A stretch of DNA of 64,000 nt from Planctomycetes bacterium UBA1146 (GTDB lineage Bacteria > Planctomycetota > UBA8108). Positions 49,217-59,861 of this stretch are shown here, piece after piece. The stretch's first letter is position 1. Each line of letters begins with the position of its first letter. The notes under the pieces are model-generated. The model was not told where the DNA came from. It saw nothing but the letters and a program-made list of their open reading frames with translations, and made no database searches. The stretch lies in NCBI GenBank assembly GCA_963579555.1, contig CAUZHA010000010.1:133-64132 (forward strand), read 5' to 3'. The translations under genes were made by a program, and so were the position numbers.

Positions 49217-49564
49217 ATGAAACTTATAACTGCAATTGTTCAGCCTGCGCGGCTGGAAGCCGTCAAGGAGGCCCTCAGCAAGGTTGAGGTCTTTCGCCTG
49301 ACGGTGGGCGATGTCAAGGGACTCGGAAGGCAGAAGGGCCACACCGAGGTCTATCGGGGTCACGAGTACGAGGTGAATCTGCTGCCCAAAGTCCGGATAG
49401 ATATCGCTGTGAACGAGGAGTTCGTTGAACCGACCATCGAGGCGATTATCCGCGGAGGCCGAACCGGTCCGGAAGGTACCATCGGCGACGGCAAGATTTT
49501 TGTGCAGCCGCTCGAGGATGTCATCCGGATCAGGACCGGCGAGCGCGGCTCAGAGGCCATCTGA
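49217..49564 (+). CDS. glnB: PII nitrogen regulatory protein (GlnB/GlnK family)
   Basis: MKLITAIVQP, T-loop GLGRQKGHTEVYRGHEY with the uridylylatable Tyr, GDGKIFV and IRIRTGE. Confidence 0.93.
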   Translation: MKLITAIVQPARLEAVKEALSKVEVFRLTVGDVKGLGRQKGHTEVYRGHEYEVNLLPKVRIDIAVNEEFVEPTIEAIIRGGRTGPEGTIGDGKIFVQPLEDVIRIRTGERGSEAI

Positions 49565-49690
49565 GTCGGGAGGGGTTCGTTCGTCCTGCCGAGGGCCGAC
49601 CCTCTGGCCCGCTTGAAGGACGGCGTGGATTCTCAGCCAGGGGCAAATGGGAGGGGCCCGGCAGCAGGGCTCTTGTTGCGGCCGCGGGGT

Positions 49691-51790
49691 TCAGGCCGCG
49701 GGGTTGGAGGTCTCTTCTGCATCACCCATCTCGGCTGCCGTTGTCGGCGGGGTCGGCATCGAAGCTTCGGTCCGGCCGTTCGCTCGCGGCAGCGCCCCTT
49801 CACCCAGCAGCTCCTTGAGCAGGCTGTCGAGGTCTTCGCCCTGCATGACCTCCTTCTCGAGGAGGGTTTCCGCTATCCGGTTGAGGCAGATCCTGTTGGT
49901 CTCCAGGATTGTCATAGCCTCTTCGTTGGCGCTTGCGATCAGCCTCTTGACCTCATCGTCGATATCCTGGGCCGTCTTCTCGCTGAAGTTGCGCTCTTCC
50001 TGCATCATATCTCTGCCAAGAAATACCTGCTGGTTATCTTTTCCGTAGACGACCGGTCCGAGTTTTTCGCTCATACCGAAACGACAGACCATGCTCCTGG
50101 CAATATGGGTCGCACGTTCAAGGTCGTTTGAGGCTCCGGTGGAGAGCTCCTCAAAGACAAGGAGCTCGGCAGCCCTGCCGGCCAGCAGGCCCTTGAGCCT
50201 GTCGAGGAGGTCCGGCTTGCTTGTCAGGTAGCGATCTTCTTCAGGGGTCTGCATCGTGTAGCCAAGAGCGGCGTGGCCGCGGGGAATGATCGATATTTTT
50301 CTGACCGGGTCAGCGTTCTCGCACAAGGCGGCGACAAGGGCATGGCCGGCCTCGTGGTAGGCCACCTTTTCGAGCTCTTCTTTCCCAAGCTTCCTGCTGC
50401 GGCGCTCCGGGCCGGCGATCACGCGTTCAACAGCTTCGTCCAGCTCCGCCTGGGAGATCTCTGTGGCGTTAATCCTGGCTGCCATCAGGGCGGCCTCGTT
50501 GAGAAGGTTGGCGAGATCCGCTCCGGTAAAGCCGGATGTGTTCGCGGCGATCAGGGCGAAGTCGATATTGTCGGAAAGGGTCTTGTTCTTGGCGTGAACC
50601 TCGAGGATCGCCTTTCGGCCCTCCAGGTCGGGCGCATCGATGACGATCTGGCGGTCAAATCTTCCCGGTCTCAAGAGCGCGGGATCCAGGACGTCCGGAC
50701 GATTGGTCGCGGCCAGGAAGACAACTCCCGAGGTCGTGTCAAAGCCGTCCATCTCGACAAGCAATTGGTTCAGGGTCTGCTCCCTCTCATCATGACCTCC
50801 GCCGAGCCCGGCACCGCGCTGGCGGCCTACCGCATCCAGCTCGTCGACGAATACGATACAGGGGGCCTTGCTCTTGGCCTGCTCAAAGAGATCTCTTACC
50901 CGGGAGGCTCCGACTCCTACGAACATCTCGACGAAATCAGATCCACTGAGCTGGAAGAAGGGTCTTGCCGCTTCGCCGGCAACTGCGCGGGCCATGAGGG
51001 TCTTGCCGGTACCGGGGGGGCCTACGAGAAGCATTCCCTTGGGCATCCTGCCGCCGAGGACCTGGTATTTCTCGGGCGTCTTGAGAAAATCAACGACTTC
51101 CATCAGCTCCACCTTGGCCTCCGGGCAGCCAGCGACATCAGCGAAGGTTACCTTGTCGTCGGACTCTCCCGCCATCTTTGCGCGGGTCTTCCCGAAGGAC
51201 ATAGCTGTTCGCCCGAGCTGGCCGGATTGGCGCATCATCATGATCCACAGGAAGATGATCAGGCCGAAGGGGAACACCCAGATGAGTATGCTGGACCAGA
51301 ACCCGGTGGATGAGACGATCTTCGTCGGAATGTTTTTTTCCTCGAGAAGATCGAGGATTTCTTTCCTCTTCTGCGGGTTCCTGACCGCGGGGGTGGTGAA
51401 GCGAAAGGGCTCTCCGGAGGGAAGCTCGTTTACGAAGGGTGCGAGGGTGATGTCGAGCTTGTTATCGCCGCCTTCTTTTTGTTCTTCGCCTTCGTCTTTG
51501 CTGGCCGGCGCCACCGCGGAGGGCTTGTAGTCATCCGGGATCTGCATCACGCCGACAAATTCTTCGTCCTCGAGTTGAACCCACTTCAAGTGTCCCGCAC
51601 CGAGGTGCTCGAGGAACTGGTTCAGGTCGGCTTCATTCTTATTTTTCGACAGGAAAATGCTCAACATGATGACTGCGAGCATGGCGATAAGGCCGATCTG
51701 GAAGATGTTCAGGCCGGATTTTCGCGCAGGCGAGCCCGGGTCCTTGGGCTTCAGGCCGGAGTCTTCCTGTTTGTCGTTCTTTTCTGCCAC
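49691..51790 (-). CDS. ftsH: ATP-dependent zinc metalloprotease FtsH
   Basis: Two N-terminal TMs; Walker A GPPGTGKT; [17 protein letters not shown]; [16 protein letters not shown]; HEAGH. Confidence 0.97.
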   Translation of the reverse strand: MAEKNDKQEDSGLKPKDPGSPARKSGLNIFQIGLIAMLAVIMLSIFLSKNKNEADLNQFLEHLGAGHLKWVQLEDEEFVGVMQIPDDYKPSAVAPASKDEGEEQKEGGDNKLDITLAPFVNELPSGEPFRFTTPAVRNPQKRKEILDLLEEKNIPTKIVSSTGFWSSILIWVFPFGLIIFLWIMMMRQSGQLGRTAMSFGKTRAKMAGESDDKVTFADVAGCPEAKVELMEVVDFLKTPEKYQVLGGRMPKGMLLVGPPGTGKTLMARAVAGEAARPFFQLSGSDFVEMFVGVGASRVRDLFEQAKSKAPCIVFVDELDAVGRQRGAGLGGGHDEREQTLNQLLVEMDGFDTTSGVVFLAATNRPDVLDPALLRPGRFDRQIVIDAPDLEGRKAILEVHAKNKTLSDNIDFALIAANTSGFTGADLANLLNEAALMAARINATEISQAELDEAVERVIAGPERRSRKLGKEELEKVAYHEAGHALVAALCENADPVRKISIIPRGHAALGYTMQTPEEDRYLTSKPDLLDRLKGLLAGRAAELLVFEELSTGASNDLERATHIARSMVCRFGMSEKLGPVVYGKDNQQVFLGRDMMQEERNFSEKTAQDIDDEVKRLIASANEEAMTILETNRICLNRIAETLLEKEVMQGEDLDSLLKELLGEGALPRANGRTEASMPTPPTTAAEMGDAEETSNPAA

Positions 51791-51872
51791 TTTTTACCCG
51801 GGATCTGCAAAAATTCCGTGGGAGTCTCCCGCTGTAACTTCCAGCGGATGCGTTCAGATGGTAATCGAGTCA

Positions 51873-51881
51873 TGATATCAT
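51873..51881 (+). promoter_or_regulatory. Extended -10 element, leaderless lipB
   Basis: TG-A-TATCAT, then 8 nt to the ATG at 51890; no SD. Confidence 0.55.
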
Positions 51882-51889
51882 AACCCGCT

Positions 51890-52660
51890 ATGGTTGTTCA
51901 CGCTAACTGCCCCGGCCCGGGCGAAAGTTTGTCCGTTGATTATCGGCATTCGGTGTCGGTCCAGGAAATCCTGGTCGGGTTACGGCAGGAGGGGAGTCTT
52001 GAAAATCTCCTCTGGTTGCTGGAGCATCCGCCAACGATCACCCTGGGAACCTCCGGCGGCTCAGATCACCTGCTTCTGCGGGTAGAGGACCTCGAGGCCG
52101 ACGGAGTGACCGTTGTCCAGACTCCAAGGGGAGGCGATATCACCTGCCACGAGCCTGGGCAGCTGGTCGGCTATCCCGTTGTTGACCTGAATGACACGCT
52201 CTGCCGTAGAGATATTCATCTCTACCTGCGCGCTCTCGAAGACGGGATTATCGGAGTGTTGGGCCGGCTCGGCCTGGAGGGCGTCCGGATCGAGGAGCGG
52301 ACAGGTGTCTGGATCGCCGGCTCTCCGCTGCGAAAGATCGCCGCCATGGGAGTGCGCTGTAATGGCTGGATCACCTCCCACGGTTTCGCGCTCAACTTCA
52401 GGAATGATCTCAGGGGTTTCGGGGCCATCGTTCCTTGCGGGATCTCCGATGCGGGAGTTACGAGTCTTCAAAAGGAGCTGCCCGCCGACAGGCTACCTTC
52501 GCCCGGGGAGCTTCGCGTCCTGGTGTACGAAGAGCTGCAGCGTTGCCTGGGCCTGCCGCTGCGGCTCGCGGTGGGCGGCGGGATTGTCGAGCTCCATCGA
52601 GCTCTCAGGGAGGAGCCGGTCTTCGAGCCGTCGCTCTCAGAGCCGCGCGGTCTGGAGTAA
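51890..52660 (+). CDS. lipB: Lipoyl(octanoyl) transferase
   Basis: LLEHPPTITLG, RGGDITCHEPGQLVGYP, KIAAMGV, SHGFALN and IVPCGI motifs. Confidence 0.95.
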   Translation: MVVHANCPGPGESLSVDYRHSVSVQEILVGLRQEGSLENLLWLLEHPPTITLGTSGGSDHLLLRVEDLEADGVTVVQTPRGGDITCHEPGQLVGYPVVDLNDTLCRRDIHLYLRALEDGIIGVLGRLGLEGVRIEERTGVWIAGSPLRKIAAMGVRCNGWITSHGFALNFRNDLRGFGAIVPCGISDAGVTSLQKELPADRLPSPGELRVLVYEELQRCLGLPLRLAVGGGIVELHRALREEPVFEPSLSEPRGLE

Positions 52661-53956
52661 GAACCGGATACGCGACAGGAACCGGGCTGCGATGAATCCA
52701 TCGATGGCCCGATGGTCACAGGACAGCGTCACCCTGAGTATTGGCCTGGATACGAATCCGTCGTTGGCCGGAACCGCCTCCTGGTGAATTCCTCCAACGG
52801 CAAGGATGGCCGCCTCCGGAGGGTTGATGATGGCGGTGAAGGACTCTATACCGAACATTCCCAGGTTGGAGATCGTGAAGGTACCCTGGCCGCTGCCGGT
52901 GAGCTTGCCCGCCCTGGCCTGCTCGATGACCCTCCCGGTCTCGGCCGCGAGAGCTTCCAGGTCGTGGACCTGGGCGCCGAGGACTACCGGCACCACCAGG
53001 CCGTCGTCATTGCCGACGGCGATGCCCAGGTTGATTTCTTCGGGATACTCGATGTGATCCTCTGCTACACGGCAGTTGACTCCAGGCTCATCGGCCAGGG
53101 CGAGTACGCAGGCTCTCAGGACGAGATCATTGATCGTCACCCGGACACCGTTGGCTGCCAGCGAGGTCTTCAGCGTCAGGGCTTCGGAGATGTCGATCGC
53201 GATGGTCGTATAAAAATGAGGGATGGTACTCTTGGAGTGCTGGAGAGCCTTGGCTATGGCTCCGCGCATACCGTCGAGGGCCACCTTCGCGGGCGGCCTC
53301 TCTACAGGCTCGGGGTAGGTGAGCTGCGCGGCCGGCGCGGTTCCGCCCGCCTGTCCATTTGCCGGCGCCTGTTCGACGTCGCGCCTGAGAATCCGGCCGC
53401 CAGGGCCGCTTCCCTCGAGCGAGCGGATGTCAATTCCACGCTCCGCCGCAAGACGCCTGGCGAGTGGCGAGGCGGCGACCCGCCTGCCGTCATCCAGTCT
53501 CGGGGCGGGCTGGCGCACGATTGTCACCGAGGCGGAGGCTCCGGCCGCCACCGCTTGCGGCGGCGAGATCTTCTCTTCCCCCTCGCTCTTCGCCGCCTTC
53601 AGGGGGCGGGGCTTTTCAACGGGAGGGGTGGGCGGCTCCGCTTTTTTTTCGGTTTCGTTCGTCTCCTCCGCCGGCTTCTCATGCTGGCTTCGCAGGGCAT
53701 CGAGATCAATTTCTTCCTCAGGTTCTCCGATGACGCCGATGACGGTCAGCACGGGAACGGTCTCGCCCTCCTGGTGGGCGATCAGGCGCAGGACGCCCTC
53801 CTCGGTCGCCTCGACGTCAAGGTTCGCCTTGTCCGTTTCGATCTCGAGCAGAGGCGCGCCTCTCTCGACAGGGTCGCCTTCTTTTTTCAGCCAGGTGACG
53901 ATCTTGCCCTCGGTCATGCTCTGTCCGGCTTTGGGCATCAGGATTGGGTGAGCCAT
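52637..53956 (-). CDS. Dihydrolipoamide acyltransferase (E2) of a 2-oxoacid/acetoin dehydrogenase complex
   Basis: Lipoyl domain IETDKA; E3-binding ASPLARRLA...GSGPGGRI; catalytic TISNLG and DHRAIDG. Confidence 0.95.
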   Translation of the reverse strand: MAHPILMPKAGQSMTEGKIVTWLKKEGDPVERGAPLLEIETDKANLDVEATEEGVLRLIAHQEGETVPVLTVIGVIGEPEEEIDLDALRSQHEKPAEETNETEKKAEPPTPPVEKPRPLKAAKSEGEEKISPPQAVAAGASASVTIVRQPAPRLDDGRRVAASPLARRLAAERGIDIRSLEGSGPGGRILRRDVEQAPANGQAGGTAPAAQLTYPEPVERPPAKVALDGMRGAIAKALQHSKSTIPHFYTTIAIDISEALTLKTSLAANGVRVTINDLVLRACVLALADEPGVNCRVAEDHIEYPEEINLGIAVGNDDGLVVPVVLGAQVHDLEALAAETGRVIEQARAGKLTGSGQGTFTISNLGMFGIESFTAIINPPEAAILAVGGIHQEAVPANDGFVSRPILRVTLSCDHRAIDGFIAARFLSRIRFLLQTARL

Positions 53957-53997
53957 TTTTTTCGCTCTCTGTGGTGGTTTTTCGCAGGCGGGATTAT

Positions 53998-55284
53998 CTA
54001 CGAATCGAAGACTTCGGGCGAAGTAAAAAGATCTTCCACCCTGGCAGTACTCAACTTTTCATGGGCGGCCTCAATGAGAGCGCAAATCACGGCGGCCTCT
54101 TTTGCCGGCGGGATATCTTTTTTCCAGATGCATTCCAGGGCCGTCGCGGGCTCTGCCGCCGGGGGGGCGAGATAACGCAACGCGGCTGCCGCTGCGAGGG
54201 CGAAGCGCGGCATGTCCACCCCGGTTTCGATGCCCAGGCGGAGTGTTCCAACGAGCCGGTCGTTCCACCCCAGCTTTCTCTCGGGGTCTCTGGCCACCCT
54301 GGCCACCAGGTCGCCGAGGTGCGGGTTGAGCATCCTGGGGATGAGCTCGGCGGCGTATTCGGCAAAGCCCTCCGGGGTGAAGAGCTCATCAAGCCCGGCG
54401 TGCCTGCGGAGCAGCGCCGCCCCGGCCTCGTCGACAAGGGCACGCTCAAGAAAAGCAACCGCGCCGGGAACCAGGCCGAGCTCATCCATGCGGGTTTTTC
54501 CGAGAAGGCTGGCCAGGTAGGAGCCCATGGCGTGGACGCCATTGTGTCCGTAGAGCTTCGCTTCCTCGTAGGGCAGCAGCTCTCTCCTGGTCTCGAAGCT
54601 CGTGAAGGCCGGCCGCCAGTCGGCCGCGTGGTTTCCGCCCGGGGTTGAAACAAGGATCCGGTTGAATTCCTCGACCAGGATCGCGGAGTCGTGTCCCGGT
54701 ACCAGCCGCGCTATTCCCCTGGCTGTGATCTCCTCCGGGTTGGAGATGATGCCGCTCATTTTCCCGATCACCGTATTCACGAATGAAATTCTCTTGTCGA
54801 AGAGCCTCTGGGGAAGTCCTGCCTCTGCGCGTACGTCCTCCTCGAGGATCTCCGCGGCCCGATTGTTGTTCTCGGCCGTATAGACCACCAGCGGGGCCTC
54901 CCGCTCTGATCGCAGGGCCTCGGCCAGGAGTCCCCGGATGCTGCCGGCTCCCCCGGCGGTGTAGAGGTCTACCGAGGGCACAGCCGTGGCGGCCTCGCTG
55001 GAGCGGGAGAGCCTCTCTACAATCAGCTCCCGGTCGGCCTCGGAGTTTGGGTTCAGGATCTCTATGGGCCCCAGCTCGACCCTCTCGATCCCATCTTCAT
55101 GGGCTACGTTAACCGTGAAGAGTCCGCCGTTCTGCCGAACGTTCTCTACCAGGGGCTCCGATATTTCACAGACAGCTACCTGCTCGAAGGCGTTTTTTCG
55201 CAGGGCCTCAAGGGTGAAGAGCCCGGCCTGGATTGCTCCGAATCCGAAACCGGTAAACAGGCCGTCTGGCTTTCCGCTGGTCAT
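53998..55284 (-). CDS. Mannitol-1-phosphate/mannitol dehydrogenase-family (long-chain polyol dehydrogenase-like) protein
   Basis: GFGFGAIQAG Rossmann motif; YTAENN; NTVIGKM; EEAKLYGHN; RDPERKLGWNDRL. Confidence 0.75.
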   Translation of the reverse strand: MTSGKPDGLFTGFGFGAIQAGLFTLEALRKNAFEQVAVCEISEPLVENVRQNGGLFTVNVAHEDGIERVELGPIEILNPNSEADRELIVERLSRSSEAATAVPSVDLYTAGGAGSIRGLLAEALRSEREAPLVVYTAENNNRAAEILEEDVRAEAGLPQRLFDKRISFVNTVIGKMSGIISNPEEITARGIARLVPGHDSAILVEEFNRILVSTPGGNHAADWRPAFTSFETRRELLPYEEAKLYGHNGVHAMGSYLASLLGKTRMDELGLVPGAVAFLERALVDEAGAALLRRHAGLDELFTPEGFAEYAAELIPRMLNPHLGDLVARVARDPERKLGWNDRLVGTLRLGIETGVDMPRFALAAAAALRYLAPPAAEPATALECIWKKDIPPAKEAAVICALIEAAHEKLSTARVEDLFTSPEVFDS

Positions 55285-55291
55285 GGATTCG

Positions 55292-55300
55292 ATCCTAACA
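55292..55300 (-). promoter_or_regulatory. Extended -10 element, leaderless arrangement
   Basis: Minus strand TG-T-TAGGAT, then 7 nt to the ATG at 55284. Confidence 0.45.
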
Positions 55301-55441
55301 TGGGCAGAGAATCCGTGGGTAAGTTCAACTCCGGGCGACTTTACGCCATCAGGGGGCTCGGATGTGGCCGAGGCGCCGGCGACCGTGTAGATTAAGGCTG
55401 GTTGAGGCCGCGGCTCGTTTCACCATACCGGGAGTGCATCC

Positions 55442-56386
55442 ATGCAGAAGAACGACCGAAGTACAGTTTACGGCAGCAGGGGGGTCGCCAGCCGGAGGGG
55501 ATTTCTCGCGGGAGCCGCCTTCGCAGGCGGCAGCCTCTTTCTGGGGCCTGGCGGGGCCGCGCTTGGGAGGGTTGTCGCGGAGAGGTCGAGGCCCCTGCTG
55601 AAGATCGGCATCATCACGGACCTGCACTATGCGGAGAAGGCCACCGCGGGCAATCGCCATTACCGTGATTCCCTGCGCAAGATCCGCCCGGCGGTGGACC
55701 ATTTCAACGGGGTGAAGGCGGACTTCGCGGTCGAGCTGGGGGATTTTGTCGATGAGGCTCCCACGCTCGAGAAGGAGCTCGACTATGTGCGCAAGATCGA
55801 GGCGGAGTTCTCCCGCTTCAAGGGAGACCGCCATTACGTTCTCGGGAACCACTGCGTCTCCAGGTTGAAGAAGGAGGAGTTTCTCGCGAGCTGCGGGCAG
55901 CGGAAAAAGTCGAAGCGCGCCTACTACTCTTTTGACCGGGGCGAGCTCCACTTTGTGGTTCTCGATGCCTGCTTCCGGGCCGATGGAGTTCCATACGGAC
56001 GAAAAAATTTCAAGTGGACGGATACCGAAATTCCGCCCGAGGAGAGAAAATGGCTGGCCGCAGATCTGAAGAAGACGGGAAAGCCGGCCATCATCTTTGC
56101 CCATCAGCGTCTTGACGTGGGGGGGAGCTACGGGGTTCGCAGTGCTGCGAAGGTGAGAAAAATTCTTGAAGATTCCGGCCGGGTGCTCGCGGTTTTCCAG
56201 GGACACAACCATGTCAATGATCACAAGGTCATCGGTTCTGTGCACTACGTGACGCTGGCGGCTCTCATCGAGGGAGCTTTTTCAAAAGGCAATAATGCCT
56301 GGGGTGTTCTCGAGGCTCATCCGGAAGGCGTCCTGAAGATCGATGGCTTCCATCAGCAGAGCGACTATAGCCTGGCGAAAGGTTGA
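55442..56386 (+). CDS. Tat-exported calcineurin-like metallophosphoesterase
   Basis: Twin-arginine signal SRRGFL; DLHY, LGDFVD, LGNHC, FAHQ and GHNH motifs. Confidence 0.92.
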   Translation: MQKNDRSTVYGSRGVASRRGFLAGAAFAGGSLFLGPGGAALGRVVAERSRPLLKIGIITDLHYAEKATAGNRHYRDSLRKIRPAVDHFNGVKADFAVELGDFVDEAPTLEKELDYVRKIEAEFSRFKGDRHYVLGNHCVSRLKKEEFLASCGQRKKSKRAYYSFDRGELHFVVLDACFRADGVPYGRKNFKWTDTEIPPEERKWLAADLKKTGKPAIIFAHQRLDVGGSYGVRSAAKVRKILEDSGRVLAVFQGHNHVNDHKVIGSVHYVTLAALIEGAFSKGNNAWGVLEAHPEGVLKIDGFHQQSDYSLAKG

Positions 56387-56420
56387 TTTTTTTCCAGGCC
56401 ACCGCCCGCGGCGGCGCGGA

Positions 56421-57134
56421 TCAGTTTCGCTCAGGCAGCACCGGGACAGGCTCGGCCTCCGGACAGGGCTCGGGGAGTTCGCCGTGCTTGAGGTGGTGCA
56501 GCTTCGGGGTGCCGCCGGCCGGGAAGAGCACGACCAGGAGATTATCGTAGGCGCTTCCACTGATGCGGATGCTGTCGTGCCCGGGTACACAGAGACCCGT
56601 GAGAATCTGGTGCAGGGTGAAGCTGTGGTGCGACAGGATGGCGTTGGAGCCCTGCGGCAGGGAGCGGACATAATCGACCACGGCGTCGATCGCGCCAATT
56701 TTCTGGAAATCGTCTTCGGTTACCCCGTAGCTCTCCGCCAGCGGAATGATGGTTTCGATTGTTCTGCGGAGCTCGCTGGTGATAAAGCAGGAAAGCTCGG
56801 CGTTGGCCAGCATCTGGGCCAGCAGCCGCGCCCGGCGCTGGCCGGCCTCGGTCAATCCAGGATCATTTCCCGACCCCTTCTCAAAATGCCTGGTGACGTA
56901 GAGGGTGGTTACCGGACGCGATTCCGGCAGGGGGGGCGGAGGCTCTCCACCGGAGAAGAGGAAGGTCAACAGGTAGACGGCATCGGTGATGTTGATCATT
57001 CCGTCGGCGTTGACGTCTCCTCCTCTGACCGGGGCGAGGTCGATGGCCAGCGCGATCCGGTCCTGGTAGCGGATGCAGACGCCGGCCAGGAGACCGAAGA
57101 GGAATATGAGCAGGATGGACAGGTATTTTTTCAT
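56421..57134 (-). CDS. Membrane-anchored dockerin-like + histidine-phosphatase-superfamily protein
   Basis: N-terminal hydrophobic segment; GGDVNADGMINITDAVYLL; YVTRHFEK, LTEAGQRRA, TSELRRTIET and HHS. Confidence 0.8.
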   Translation of the reverse strand: MKKYLSILLIFLFGLLAGVCIRYQDRIALAIDLAPVRGGDVNADGMINITDAVYLLTFLFSGGEPPPPLPESRPVTTLYVTRHFEKGSGNDPGLTEAGQRRARLLAQMLANAELSCFITSELRRTIETIIPLAESYGVTEDDFQKIGAIDAVVDYVRSLPQGSNAILSHHSFTLHQILTGLCVPGHDSIRISGSAYDNLLVVLFPAGGTPKLHHLKHGELPEPCPEAEPVPVLPERN

Positions 57135-57362
57135 TTCGTGTAAGCCACTCGAGAAATGGATGAGACCCAGACATCTATTCTACATTTGCTCTGCGAGCGT
57201 CTGTCCAAAAAATCGGGAATCTTGTGCGCGGGGCTCCGGCCTGTTGAGTTGGCGAAGAACGGGAGTTTAGAGTCGTTCTGCGGATGGACGAAAAGGCGCG
57301 GATTCTTTAGGATAGCGGACCTTTTACGAATTCAGTGGTGTTCAAAGAGAGCGAGGTCGGCA

Positions 57363-58946
57363 ATGACGAACTTCCCAGTCCTGCTCGCCGGACAGTGGCG
57401 AGAGGCGGATGCGGCGGGTTCTTTCCAGGCGATGGATCCTTCTACCGGAAAACCGGTTGAGGGTGATTACCCCGTGAGCTCGAGGGCTGACCTGGAGGCC
57501 GCCGTCGAGGCCGCCGCCGGGGCAGCCGATGCGCTTCTCGATTTTGAGGCTGGAGCGCGGGCCGCTTTCCTTGAGGCCTATGCGGGCAGGATCGATGCCA
57601 ATGCGGATGAGATCGCCGAGATGGCCAGCCGAGAAACCGGCCTGCCCCTGTCTCCGCGGCTGCGGGATGTCGAGCTCCCCCGGACGACGGGACAGCTTCG
57701 CCAGGCCGCCGCGGCGGCGCGCGAGGGTACCTGGATGGAGGCGACCATTGATACAGAAACAAATATCCGCTCGCGGCTGGGGCCGCTCGGCGGCGCCGTC
57801 GCGATATTCGGACCGAACAATTTCCCCCTGGCTTTCAACGGTATCTCAGGCGGAGATTTCGCCGCCGCGGTCGCGGCAGGGAACCCGGTGATCGCCAAGG
57901 CGCATTCGAGCCATCCCGGGACCTCCCGGCTGCTGGCCGAGCAGGCTCACGCCGCTTTGGAAGACACGGGCCTGCCTCCGGCGACGGTGCAGATGCTCTA
58001 CCGACTCAGCCATGAGGATGGCGAGTTTCTCGTCTCCCATCCGGGGATTGGCGCCACGGGCTATACCGGTGCCCGCTCCTCCGGCCTCACCCTGAAGGCT
58101 GCGGCCGACAAGGCCGGAAAGCCGATTTATCTCGAGCTGTCGAGCATCAATCCCATCTTTATTCTCCCACGCGCTCTCGAGTCGCGTGGGGAGGAATTGG
58201 TTGGCGAGTATGTTACATCCGTTCTGATGGGCGCCGGACAGTTTTGTACCAACCCGGGTATTACAGTGGTGGTTGCTTCAGAGTCTTCGAGGCAATTCAT
58301 CTCCGGGGCGACGGCCGGTTTTGAAGAGACCGAGCCCGGCTGTCTTCTCGGTGAGAGAGTGGTCTCTGGTCTTGGCGAGTCGGTCGAGGCGCTTGTGGCC
58401 TGCGGGGCCGAGCTGCTTGCCGGGGGCGCTCCTGCCGACGGGGCCGGCTTCCGTTTTCAGAATACGCTTCTCCAGGTTTCCGGGGAGGGCTTTCTCCGGC
58501 AGCCCGAAGCCCTGCAGCGGGAGGCCTTCGGCAATGCCGGGCTGATTGTCGAGGCCGCCGATGAGGCGGAGCTGGTCGAGATCAGCAAGGTGATCGAGGG
58601 GAACCTCACAGGCGCTATCTATTCCTGTGCCGAGGGTGGAGATGATGCTCTCTACACCTCGATTGCCAGGAACCTGCGCAGTCGGGTGGGAAGGCTCCTC
58701 AACGACAAGATGCCCACCGGCGTGGCGGTCAGCTCGGCGATGAATCATGGTGGGCCTTTTCCCGCCACCGGCCATCCCGGCTTCACCGCGGTTGGAATAC
58801 CCGGCTCCATCCGTCGTTTCGCCGCGCTGGAGTGCTATGACAATGTTCGCGCGGACAGGCTTCCAGTGGAGCTGGGCGACAGGAATCCCGGGGCCGGCCT
58901 GTACCGACTGGTCGATGGGCGCTGGAGTGGAGAGGATGTGTCATGA
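57363..58946 (+). CDS. NADP-dependent aldehyde dehydrogenase (alpha-ketoglutaric semialdehyde dehydrogenase-like)
   Basis: FGPNNFPLAF, KAHSSHPGTS, ELSSINP, GAGQFCTNPG and HGGPFPAT motifs; start at MTNFP (57363). Confidence 0.92.
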   Translation: MTNFPVLLAGQWREADAAGSFQAMDPSTGKPVEGDYPVSSRADLEAAVEAAAGAADALLDFEAGARAAFLEAYAGRIDANADEIAEMASRETGLPLSPRLRDVELPRTTGQLRQAAAAAREGTWMEATIDTETNIRSRLGPLGGAVAIFGPNNFPLAFNGISGGDFAAAVAAGNPVIAKAHSSHPGTSRLLAEQAHAALEDTGLPPATVQMLYRLSHEDGEFLVSHPGIGATGYTGARSSGLTLKAAADKAGKPIYLELSSINPIFILPRALESRGEELVGEYVTSVLMGAGQFCTNPGITVVVASESSRQFISGATAGFEETEPGCLLGERVVSGLGESVEALVACGAELLAGGAPADGAGFRFQNTLLQVSGEGFLRQPEALQREAFGNAGLIVEAADEAELVEISKVIEGNLTGAIYSCAEGGDDALYTSIARNLRSRVGRLLNDKMPTGVAVSSAMNHGGPFPATGHPGFTAVGIPGSIRRFAALECYDNVRADRLPVELGDRNPGAGLYRLVDGRWSGEDVS

Positions 58947-58994
58947 AGAAGCGGGGAGTCTTCGCGATCCCTGGGGCGTGGAAGGCCAAGGCAG

Positions 58995-59861
58995 ATGAGT
59001 AAAGAGAGAATCCTCTCTCTTCCGTGCTGGGGCTCAGGCGTTGAGCTCGAGGAGCTGTCCGGTGGAATCACCAACCGGAACTACAAGGTCAGCTGTTCCG
59101 CCGGAAAGCGCATGGCGCGCGTTTGTGAAGACAGGAAGGTGCTGGGCATCGACCGGGCCAATGAGCGGGCCTGCCAGGCCGCGGCGGCTTCTCTCGGCCT
59201 GGCACCGGCGATCGTCTACCACGAGGAGGGGGTGCTGGTGAGCGAGTACATCGAGGGCCGAACCCTCGAGGACTCCGATGTGAAGGAGGAGGGTACCCTG
59301 GCGAGGCTTGCCCGGCTGCTGCGAGGACTGCATGAGTCACGCGCCGAGCTTCGAGGTGAGCTGCTCTATTTCTGTCCTTTCCAGACCATCCGGACCTATG
59401 TCGGTAACGCGAAGGAGCTGGGAGCCGTTCTGCCGGATCAGCTCGCTGCCATCCTGGAGGATCTCGATGGTCTCTCAGAAGAGCTCGAGCCGTTCAGGCC
59501 GGCTCTCTGTCACAATGACTTGCTGGCGGCGAATATCCTCGATGATGGAAAGAGCCTCTGGCTGGTGGATTGGGAATATGGCGGCATGGGCAATCCGTTG
59601 TTCGATCTCGCCGGGGTCAGCGGTAATTGCGGCCTGGAGCCATGCGAGGAGCGGCTGCTGCTGGCGGCGTATTTCGGTGGTGAAGATCCGGCAGTTGCCC
59701 GGCAGGTCAGCATTCTGAAGGCCGTTTCCCTTCTGCGAGAAACCCTCTGGGCCGTGATCCAGACGGTGGCCTCCGACATCGACTTTGACTACGTCGCCTA
59801 TGCGGGGGAGCTCTTCGAGGCCTACAAGCGCGCCCGGGAGGAGCTCAGGGGCTCTCGATGA
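58995..59861 (+). CDS. Choline/ethanolamine-kinase-like phosphotransferase
   Basis: LSGGITNRNY, GIDRANE, CHNDLLAAN, LVDWEY and FDLA motifs. Confidence 0.9.
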   Translation: MSKERILSLPCWGSGVELEELSGGITNRNYKVSCSAGKRMARVCEDRKVLGIDRANERACQAAAASLGLAPAIVYHEEGVLVSEYIEGRTLEDSDVKEEGTLARLARLLRGLHESRAELRGELLYFCPFQTIRTYVGNAKELGAVLPDQLAAILEDLDGLSEELEPFRPALCHNDLLAANILDDGKSLWLVDWEYGGMGNPLFDLAGVSGNCGLEPCEERLLLAAYFGGEDPAVARQVSILKAVSLLRETLWAVIQTVASDIDFDYVAYAGELFEAYKRAREELRGSR

